A stretch of DNA of 64,000 nt from Perna viridis. Taxonomy: Eukaryota. The stretch spans positions 10,354,001-10,418,000 of the forward strand of contig CM074518.1 of NCBI GenBank assembly GCA_037379345.1, given 5' to 3'. Under the pieces are notes generated by a model. That model saw only the letters and a list, made by a program, of their open reading frames with translations. It was not told the DNA's origin and made no database searches. Of this stretch, positions 13,101 through 25,100 are shown in pieces; position 1 is the first letter of the stretch; each line of letters begins with the position of its first letter. A program made the translations under genes and the position numbers.

Positions 13101-16100
13101 GGAGGCAAATTACTCACACATGTAAACAATGTTCATACATATTTGTAGTTAATTACATATATGATTTTAAAGTACACATTCTCAGCTTCATTTTGACTAC
13201 TTTTAATCATAATACAAATGTACACACAAATAATGCAGTTACAATGCATATGTCTAGGTTCAGTGTGTTTTTGGTACTACATAGGGAGGTGGCCATTTGA
13301 CCCGGAAGTGGTTAGTGAGACCTTACATTTACATTTATAATAAAGTTAATAATACTCTCTTTTTCTGCAAGATATATGGTTGAATAATAAGTGTTTATTT
13401 ATGAAGATAAGAGACCAATAGATTTTAATTTTAATTAATGGATGTAAGTCTTTATAATAAATCAAGAAAAATAGGAAAAATCAGAAACATGTATGTCAAA
13501 AACCCACCATTTTGACAATATAATTTTGCCTCTACTTGATCTCTACATCTCTGGATTTGTTCAGAAATTTTTTAAAAGAATGTTAGAAAAATGAGACTTT
13601 TGATAAAGTTATCTGCCCTTGAAATCTTCAATTTACTAAAATGATATGAAAAATCTTGTATTTGTCTCTTTATTTTGATGGTACAAATAGGCAAATTTCA
13701 CATTTAAAACATTGGGTTTTCTCATACAATGTTTCACCTACTGCTTGATTCTTACAGAGGCTGACATTAAATACACACTAAATATTGACATAATTATTTT
13801 GTAGGAATTCCTTACGAAGTTTCTGTATGGACATCAGATGTTTCTAAAGCTGGTACAGATTCTAATGTCTTTCTCCAGTTGTATGGTGTTGATGGCAAAA
13901 CTGAAAAGATAAATCTACGCAACAGGAGTGATAACTTTGAAAGAGGCCAGAAAGATATCTTCAAGGTATAGCTTTAGTCAAAATTTTATAACATATACTG
14001 GTAGTAACTTTCATGGTGCTAGATATGGTAAGATTTTTAAAATTGAGGTATTACATGAAAGCATTCATTTACATTTACTTTTTCAGATATTTTAAGGTGA
14101 TGAGTAAGATTTGTCATCTTTTCCATGGGCCTCAGAAAAAATGGAAAATTAGAATATTGCAGAAATTTCCTGCTATATATTCATAAAAGCAATAATGTAA
14201 ACAGGGACAAGATACATGTAACTAATTCAAAGAATGTAAAATAATAGTATCTAAAGCTCACAGCTTTAGATTGTGTTGGAGTGGAAATCTTTTCAAAAAT
14301 GCAGTATGACAGTTGCTTACAATCATGACGACTTTTTCCATATGACTGTTGCTGACAACAATGTCACTTTTTTTTCAGTATGACTGATGCTGACAATAAT
14401 GACAACTTTTTTGGTATGACTGTTCATGATATCAGTGACAACTTTCTCCATATGACTGTTGCTGACTATAATGACAACTTTTTCAGTATGACTGTCATAG
14501 CAATAATGACAAGTTTTTTTGGTATGACTGTTGCTAACAACAATGACAACTTCTTTGGTATGACTGTTGCTAACAATGACAACTTTCTTGGTATGATTGT
14601 TGTTGACAACGATGACAGCTTTTTCCATATGACTGTTGCTGACTATTACGACTATTTTTTCAGTATGACTGTTGTTGATAACAATGGCACCTTTTGCTGT
14701 ATAACTGTTGCTGACAACAATGACATCTTTTTCGGTACGACTGTTGCTTACAACAATAACACCTTTTTCTGTATAACTGTTGCTGACAGTTATGTCAACT
14801 TTTTTTCAGATTGAGGCATTAGATGTTGGACAGATAGTAAAGATTAGGATAGGACACGATGGCAAGAAACTAATGTCAGGATGGCATTTAAATAAGGTTT
14901 GTACTGTGATGGTGCTGCAACAAATTACAACATGGAACAGGCAATGGCAAATTTCTAAGTAAATATTCAGTAAATTAAAAACTGTTACATATATTCAAAC
15001 TTTTTCTACAACATTTGAAAATACATGTTTGAATTCTTTCAAGAAAAATATTAGGTATAATTGTTCATATTTTTAGATTGATTTTCCAGATAAGAAGAAA
15101 GAGTAATTAATTTTGTGTTGTACAGCAAGTGATCAGACATTTGCTAGATTTTCTTCATGCTGTAACTTGAACAGGTTTTGATGAAATCTTTTCAAATTAA
15201 GTCATTTTGTTTCATAAAACGTAAGGTCTATGGTGAATTTTATAATATTCTATACCTAGTTTCTAATATTATTCTCATATACAGGTGCTACTTAGGAGGA
15301 GGCCAAGAGCAGGTACTAAAAAGAGAAAGAAGAAGAAGGGTCCATCAGAACAGCAGAAAAGACAAGAAATCCTTGCTGAATACATGCAGGATGAGTCTGG
15401 CTCTGATTTTGAGACATCTTCCTCTTCTAGGCGCAGCAAAGGTAAAGCAGCGAGGAAAATGAGGAAACAGAATCAGAGACAGGATGATTCAGACTCTGAT
15501 GACAGTTCTCCTAGACGTAGAGGATCAACTAGAAATATGAGAAAACCAAGTCTTAAGAAAATCCAGGAAGAAGATGATGACGTTTATGATGGTGACGAAA
15601 CTGAAGATTATTGGTTCTTTGTCAACCGATGGTTTGATACATCTGAAGATGACAAAGCAATTGAGAGAGAGCTTCTGCCTACAGATGAGAAAGGGAATCC
15701 TCTACACACATTAGAGGGTAAGTATTTTTTTATTACACATTCTGAGACAAGTCTGTTTTGACACAGATTTTGCTAGTAATCTCAGCTAAAACAATATCTG
15801 GATGCGGTATTTGGCTTTTAAATAATTCTTCTTTTTTACTTGTCATAGATGTAAAAATGAATCATATGTCAGACTGGAATGAGTGTTTAATTTTTTCAGA
15901 GGTAGAATACACAGTTAAGGTATACACAGGTAAAGTGGGTGGAGCAGGTACTGATGCCAATGTCTTTATCAACCTGTATGGTGAGAAACATGACTCTGGA
16001 GAAAGACAGCTTAAAGATTCTGCTGATAACTTCAACAAATTTGAAACAGGCAATGTAAGTACCATACAATAATGATACTAATATTGGTATACATTATTTT

Positions 16101-19100
16101 GAGAGGGTAATACAGTTAGTTTACAATAGCTAATCTTCCCTGAGGCCCTCATGTAATACAAATGGAATCAGATATTATATACATATATATGTCTGCTTAC
16201 AAACAAGACAAAGTAGTACAAAAACAAACAAACAAAAAAACCAAACCAAATTAACATAAAAGATACATATTACTGTTACAAAAACATAGACACAGGTGTA
16301 TTGTCTATACATAAAACACTCAAATACCTCCAGTATGGATAGAAATAATGATATTTGGTAGCAAAGGGAGGCTAGAAATATTTCAATGAATATTTTATGT
16401 ATAAATATTCCTTCTGTTTTTTTAACGAATTCACAATTATATCAGAATATGTTGATCACTTAAGCCAAGATTGTCAGCCATGAAACTATACCCCAACTTG
16501 TTATCACAATTTTCTTGGGAGAAAAATACTAAGAAACTTATTATAGCATACTACCTTTTTTATCATTGCATGTCACATCTTGTGAATATAAAATGGTCTG
16601 TAGAATATTTGATGATTTAAATCTTTGTAGGTTGATACATTCAAATTGATGGCTATAGATCTAGGTAAACTGGTCAAGTTAAAGGTTCGACATGACAACA
16701 AAGGTGTAGGGGCAGCATGGTTCCTTGACAAGATTGAAGTCGAAGATACGAGGAGAAAGAAAACGTAAGCCAACTCAAAAATTTTTCTCTGTATAAATAT
16801 AAATTTGAGGTTATACAGAGTATTATTTATTGATGTTTAACAGAGTGTTGACAAAATCATCTGTCTGAAAAATTTATTGATCATAGAATTTTTTAAACTT
16901 TGTTTTCAAAATCTGCACATGTTTGGTCAAATATTGTTTTTGAGACTTCAAAACATGAAAATGTGGAATTTTATGATAAGTATAGATTATTGTAGAGCAT
17001 CTTCTGTTAAACAGTAAGTGTCTCTATGAAGAAATTGTGTTATTTCTCAATTGGAAGTTAAAAAAAGTATGTAATTTTAGCACTATATGAAAATATTTTT
17101 TAATAGTAATGATTTACACAATAAGTGACTCTGTATAGAATGTTGGTCTTCTGATTTTGCCTAAAATCACCAATATTGCTGTCATTAGGCAGATGTGTAT
17201 TATAGATTAATGTTTTGACATTTTTTAAATTTGCCTATTTTTTTCTTAATCTTTTAATAGCTATAAAGATACCTGCTGTTTAAAATAATTAGACTATGTA
17301 ACCTCAATCGTTTGTTAAAGTTATTTGATCATCTTTTCAATACACCAATTTGCATTTTCCCTAAAAAGTGTTGATAATTTAATACATACTGTGTTTTTAG
17401 GTTTTACTTCTTATGTCAGAAGTGGTTAGCTGTTGGTAAAGACGATGGCCAAATATCAAGGGAGCTAATCCCTGTTGACAAATCTGTCTTGGAGAAATCT
17501 GTTGGTAAAAAGGATGGTGCTAGGCAAGATGTAGCACTAGAAATAAAAGGTATGAGCTCACATTTTTATTTCAATTTATTTCAAATTTCTGTGAATGAAC
17601 AGAAGATTCTTGTGAACATGTATGTTTTGTAAAACACATTGAATAAGATTGAGGAATTCAAGCTAGAATTTGTTTAGAAGAGGACAATTCCTATGAAGTA
17701 AAAATTGAAGTTGTGAACTTGGTAAGTTAGTTATATTTGAGGAAATTTTTCAAAAAAAATTACATGTACCTATTTACACAATAGGCTTAATTGGCAAGAA
17801 AGTGTATCATTTTGCTCCTTTGGATACATCTTGTGTCATCAAGTTAACAGAGAGCTGAGTACTGAAGAAAATATGTCTTAATCTAACCATGAAATAATTT
17901 CTGTATAATTGTAGCTGCCATGACAACATATTATACAAAGGTAGTGACAGGGAAAGTTACAGGAGCTGGTACTGATGCCAATGTCTACATTGTATTGTAT
18001 GGTGAACATGATCATACAGGTACAATTTACATCAATGTTTACATTATACTGTATGATGAACATGATCATACAGGTACAATTTACATCAGTGTTTACATTT
18101 TACTGTATGGTAAACATGATCATACAGGTATTATTTACATCAATGTTTACATTATACTGTGTGGTGAATCATACAGGTACAATTTACATCAATGCTTACA
18201 TTATACTGTATGGTGAACATGATCATACAAGTACGATTCATATTGATATTTGCATTACACGAACCAAAACCAAACAAAAAATACACACTCAAAGAAAATA
18301 AATGATATGATTTACGGTAAATGAGGAATGTCACAAATGCAAGCTTACATTTAGATCACTGTATAATAATTTCACCTTCAAGCATGTTAGTTTCAAATAG
18401 AAAGGTGTGGATGGGCTTGTTGTTAGTGTTGGAACAGTGTAGTCATATAATAAAACAATAACTTTGGATGAGGTTGATATCATGATTTATCAACCCTTGA
18501 GATCTATAATCATCTCAGCTTGTTGCCTCAGTTATTATTAGATCTTTCATAATATCAATCTCATCCTAAGTCATTGATTGTACAATATTTACTTTTAATA
18601 TTGTATGGTGATTATGATTATGCAGGTATGATATGGAAGGATGGACTAGTTTGGGACTTAGTCCTTCATCCATCTTATTGTCTAGTATATGCCTGGTAAT
18701 TTTGAATTTAACATGATAAAACAAAACATGTATATGTGTCCAAGGGAAAGGGTTATCAGATAGCTTTTCATAATTATTATTTTTTATGTCATGAGCTTAT
18801 AGTGTTACTTTTTGTCATTCTCCTTTTTTAGCACTACTGAATGTTTCAACTGGTGTTGATATACTTACTTTATTTTTAGAAATAAGTGTCTAACCAACTG
18901 AGAAAACTGAGTTTCACATCATTTGTAATTAGGCTTGCAATATTTTATTTTTCAACTGCAAAAGAAGCAACCTGTTATATACTATTCTAGTTAATTGTGT
19001 CATTGTTTTGTAGATAAAATGTTCCTGAAGTCCTCTATGACATATAGGAATAAGTTTGAATCAGGACAGACAGATGAGTTTATCTTAGAAGCTGTCAACA

Positions 19101-22100
19101 TTGGTAAACTACAGAAAATCAAGTTAGTCTGAACATTTATTTTCGCTATGGTTTAAGTTTACTGTCATAGTATAACTTTAGTTTAAACATATTTTATTTG
19201 AGCAAAACAAAATGGATTGGACATACTTATTTAGTCTTTTCCTCAATACAATATATAAATATAAATATAGAATACTTTTAGATATGAATTTCTCAGAACA
19301 GATTCAATCATCTTTCAACTGGTGTTGGAATTATGTATAATGTCAACAGTGAGACTGTTGCTATTTGATTTTTCCCACAGAATTTATCCTTAGTATGTGT
19401 CTGTAGTTTTATAAATAGTCATTTGAGAAACAGCTGCCTTAGTAATGACTCATCGACCTACAGATTTCTCTTGTTTACGGCTGCCTTAGTAATGACACAC
19501 TGACCTACAGATTTCTCTTGTTTATGGCTGCCTTAGTAATGACTCACTGACCTACAGATTTCTCTTGTTTACGTCTGCCTTAGTAATGACTCATCGACCT
19601 ACAGATTTCTCTTGTTTACGGCTGCCTTAGTAATGACTCACTGACCTACAGATTTCTCTTGTTTACGGCTGCCTTAGTAATGACTCACTGACCTACAGAT
19701 TTCTCTTGTTTACGGCTGCCTTAGTAATGACTCACTGACCTACAGATTTCTCTTGTTTACGGCTGCCTTAGTAATGACTCACTGACCTACAGATTTCTCT
19801 TGTTTACGGCTGCCTTAGTAATGACTCACTGACCTACAGATTTCTCTTGTTTACGGCTGCCTTAGTAATGACTCACTGACCTACAGATTTCTCTTGTTTA
19901 CGGCTGCCTTAGTAATGACACACTGACCTACAGATTTCTCTTGTTTACGGCTGCCTTAGTAATGACTCATCGACCTACAGATTTCTCTTGTTTACGGCTG
20001 CCTTAGTAATGACTCATCGACCTACAGATTTCTCTTGTTTATGGCTGCCTTAGTAATGACTCACTGACCTACAGATTTCTCTTGTTTTGACTCTCAGTTA
20101 ATGAAATCTGATAATTCACTCTAAAATTTATGGTCTATTTGGTTTGGTCAAAGAAAAAGTTAAATTTCCTTCAAATATGAAAAGGGCTATTTGAAATTTA
20201 GTATAGAGACTTTTACAAAGAATTCAACATAGATATAAAGTTTTCACTAACTCCTTATTGAATTGTAGAATTGGCCATGACAATTCTGGTATGTTTGGTG
20301 CAGCATGGTTCTTGGACAAGGTGATCATTGATGCTCCATCTCTTGGCTGTAGTTGGACTTTTCCATGTAGCAAGTGGCTTGCCGATGATAAGGATGACTG
20401 TCAGTTAGAAAGAGAACTCTTCCCACAAGACTTAGAAACTGTAGAATATAACCCATGTAAGTATTTTATACATAAACTCTTCTTCAATGGTTTAAATTAT
20501 TTTTACACTCAAGATGGTGATATAAGTTGCTTAGTTTAGTGTTAGCTTTGGGGAGCATATTAAAATCTAAATTTAACTCTCAAGAACAGTGGCATATATG
20601 AATTCAAAACTTTACTGAATGATAGATGGTTTACATCAAGTTTGTAGAATACTAACAAAATATAAAATATTGGAAAACAATGATTTTAATGGTGAAAAAA
20701 AAATTTCTTAGATACAGTAATCACACTCTAAGATTTAAAGAGGTACACGTATTTGCCTGTAGTTTATATCATGAAAAAAGGATGACATGATAAGTCTTGT
20801 TCCCATTGTGCAATACATGACATATACTGCTGATGAGAGGTTACTCCTTGAATCGCATGTACAGTATATGGAAGAGTAATCAAAGGAACCAAGGTTATAG
20901 CGGTAATCAAAAGAATGTAATCCAGGGACAAAGACCAGACATGGAAAACATACATACACAACAAAGAACATAAAGTAACTAAAATCATACATACAAAGTA
21001 ACAAAAGTAAATGAGCAATTCGGACTCCACTAAAAACTGGGAGCATGGACCAGGTGCACCGGTAGGGTAAGCATCCTCTGCTTTTCTAGAAACACCCGCC
21101 GAGTTGCTCATAAAAAGTCAAGTCCGGGGTAGACAAACGAGGAAAGTAAAACTACGACCCGTTGAATAAATCAGTTTTCATGGTGCAGATGGAAATTTGC
21201 AATATATGATTTGAAATTTGTTTGTATTTTATATTTTATTGTTTATTGTTGACTACTCATTTTTTCACTTTGGTTTTGTTATCTTCTCTTGTGGACCATC
21301 ACATAGTTATTAAACTGAAAATGTGCTGTTATGCATGCACATGCTTTTTAATCATCGTCCATATATTCACGCTGAAATGGAAGTGGGAGATTTAGCACAT
21401 TGTAAAACCTACATTTAAGCCACCGTTTCATTTGAAGTGCCTGTACCAAATCAGGGTCATTGTGGTACCTGCTGCTCCGGTGGTGTAATATCTATTTTGT
21501 AAGATTTATTTTGGACTTGACTTGAGTATGATCAGATTAGTGCTGGTTAATTTTGTTGTTTACCCTTATTTAATAAACTAATAAAAATAGATTTTTATGA
21601 AATAAAAATGAAAAATGACTAGTTTTGATACAAAATTTAAGTCTGGTAACTGCATGTATTATTGAGTCGTTAGCATTGTACAGTTACTGCTCTTCGGTTA
21701 ATTCTATATTTGTAAGTATCCCAAGCACTGTACAGTTACTGCTTATCGGTTAATTCTATATTTGTAGGTATCCCAAGCACTGTACAGTTACTGCTCATCG
21801 GTTATTTCTATACTTGTAGGTATCCCATATGAAGTTAAGACCTATACAGCTGATGAAAGAAATGCAGGAACATCAGCCAATGTATACATTTGTTTATATG
21901 GCAAGGATAAGATAACTGAAGAAAAACCACTGTGTTCTAAACGAGAGAGGGACGGAAAGTTTAAAAGAGGAAAAATGGATCTCTTTACTGTTGAGGTTTG
22001 TTTGTTTGTTTTGTGCTTTTTGAAACTGAAGTCAAATTTCTAAAGATTTCTGGTTTATTACTATATTCTTCTGTGTATTACCCATATCTGTGTATTCCAT

Positions 22101-25100
22101 GCACCCCCTTCTTGGCAAGTGAGATGAACAAAAAAAGTTAGTTTCTGTGTAAAGCTTGCACTGGGAAACGAGGAAAAATCACCAGCAGAAGACCACATTG
22201 AAAGGATGAAATTATTCCGGTAAATTCTCTGAAATGCGTATCCTTTCATCATTAATCTTTTAAATAAGAGTATTTTGCTATGTTTCCCTGTGTTTGCAAG
22301 CCATTTATTAATTAAAATAGTTTATATAACGATGCATTGGATCCGAGTCGGAAATGTTTACATTTCCTGTTCGAATATAAATCGGGTATTTCACTAAAAC
22401 AATGGCATCAGGTCCGACTGTTTATTAAAAAGATGTTTTAATTTGCCAAATTGTGTATTGATAACTGACATCTGGAAACAGTTCATCAAGTGGATTAAAG
22501 GATTAGTAACAATTGTTTCACCTTTTAAATTGTTTTTTGATAATTAAATGACAATGGGCCCCAGGACAGGTTGGCACTCCTTTTATTGTGTATTTAACGC
22601 TCCACCGCACACAGGTGAAGAGTTATAATTAGATGACATGTTTTGAGAGAACAATATCGTCAGTAAGAAGTTTTTCGTATGAAATGCAAGAATATGGTAT
22701 TAAAGAATATTTTTAAGTTTATTTGTCCTATAGTAACAGAAACTGTACATCCTGGATATTTTTTTTTATTCTATTTTATTTTTAATTGTTTTTAAATCAT
22801 CAGATATTTTATACCTTACAAAAGTATGTCTAGTTCTTCAGCCTTACTTGTTAAAATTGAAAATTAAATCCTACTTGAAATAAAACTGGAATTTTTGCTC
22901 CCATGAAAAAATAGTACTTGAACATCAGAAATTCATAAATTCATGTAAGGTTAACAGTTACATCATTTAGAATGAGGATATTTGTTATCTTGGTTTTGTT
23001 ATATTTTCCATGTAAGACAACCCATGTAGACAGCTACATGTGACCTTGTTTTACAAGACACAATCAACCAATAAGATATTACCAAATGGTATGTCATAGA
23101 TGATGTTAACAAAAGTGTTGGCAAAGTCATAGGTGATTTGTGATTTTGAAACATAACATCACAATAACTTTGTTGGTAATAATGACAGTATTCTCCCTGT
23201 CTATAGGTAGATTGTCATAATATGCAGCATTTTTTTTTAAGAACTAGGTATTTACCCTCACCCCTACCTATTGACACTCTGATATTTTGACACTCCTGAG
23301 AGAAATTTTTCACTTTATGCACTGCACTCATTTTAAGAACTCCCAGTTCTTCACTTGGGACTTGTGTAATGACTCATTATGCTCCAGTTCTTCACTTGGG
23401 ACTTGTGTAAGGACTCATTATGCTTCAGAAATCTTAGTATCTTTACTTATACTTTGGAAATGAATTGACAACTTTTCTGCTTTGTTTGAACAGTTAGAAG
23501 ATATTGGAGATAGTTTAGATAAGATAAGAATCTGGCATGATAATGAAGGCCTGACACCAGGATGGAAGTTAGATAAGGTGGAAATCAGAAAACTTCATGA
23601 TTCTGGAAAGGTAGGCATGGTTACACTATTTAGGTATACATGTAATTCCTAGATTTTCTTGAACTACACTGGTGAATATTTGAGATTTTGCCTTAAATTT
23701 TATAGACATGATATGTATAGAGGTTATATCCTTATTGTATATTTAATCTTATCAACCTTTTTTTATTTTTCAACCTTACACTTAAAAAAATAACATGACT
23801 AGAAATTAGTACAATGCATATAGGAATAAGCTGTGCTGAAACATCTTTTATATCATAGTCATAATTTTGCATTATCCAGTTGGATTGTGATTCATTTAGA
23901 TGCCGAATTATGGAGGTAGACCTAGAGTAAGGGACGTAACTCTGGAAATCATTGATATGTTTGTATCATATTCAATTACACCGAAGCCTATCAAGCTTTC
24001 ATCAGAAACAGAATGAAGTCAGTCCAAATGACTTTGATGTTTACATGAGATTGATGTATAATGGTGAATACAAACATTCAAATGATTTATAAGAGTTGTA
24101 TCCCTTACCCTAGGTCTACCTCCTTAAGAGATATACTTTTTAATTCCTATTGTTTCACGTATATTTTAGAAAACTAGGGTGAGTGTGAAACAAAATAAAG
24201 TTTCTTAGTAGTTACACCAGTAGTAATTTAAATGCACACACTCATACGACTATTCTTATATCTGACATCACTGAAAATAAAACATCATTATTATACAGCA
24301 TAGGTGTAAATGGATAACTAATGATTATTAGAATGAAACGTAATGGGGTTATTTTTATTTTGTTTTGTTTCCTTCAAAAAAATCCCAAACAAAGGTAAAC
24401 CAAGAAAAGTTTCCTCTCGTTCTAGAACGATTTTCAATTTTGACCAGTTTTACTACATTAAACCTACCCCATTATTTTAATATGTTACTTATAGTATTAC
24501 TCATGTGCAAGTATATAACTCCTACCGGAAAAGCCCTTCATCTTGTAAACCAGTTTGTGTTCAGTCCTATGATGGTGCAGCTCAACCTAAATATTACTAT
24601 GTTTTTTAGCAGAGAAAAATAAGATAATGATAATTGTTATCATCCTTTCATTAACATCTTCAACTGTTCTACTCTACTAATACCACTAATATCATGTTCA
24701 ATATTAGTTATTTATTGAGGTAGAAATTGATATCTAATCTGTTGGTCTGCAGAATGAAACCAGGTTGCAGAGGAATGGAATTCGTCTTACCTTGATTTAA
24801 TAACTATTACCTGATGAAATTTGGTTAACTTAAGTTTACTAACTAATAAAGTCCATAAGGTGGTTATCATTAATCAAGGGATCACCAACTCTATTCTTTG
24901 TAGTTTTATAATATACTCCTGTAATAGCATTGAATTGCCTTATTTCCATTTAATAGGAAATGTCTTTAACTTTTGGCATATGTTCCACTTGTAAGCCCAT
25001 ATTACTTTGTATAGTGTAGATACTTCTGTATGTTGGTCATCAGGGGCAGATCAAGACACTTTGTAAAGGAGGGGTGCCAACCGAGGTTCCTTGGAAAAAG

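Noticed and set aside
19433-20087. Regular array superficially resembling CRISPR
   Set aside because: Head-to-tail units without unique spacers, no cas genes, and it lies in a eukaryotic intron.
20735-21111. Minus-strand ORFs of 103 and 115 aa
   Set aside because: They lie within a dispersed non-coding repeat and have no RT or endonuclease motifs.
24365-24622. 85-aa ORF and possible microexon near 24395
   Set aside because: No AG/GT pair giving a frame-preserving exon, and no PLAT similarity.
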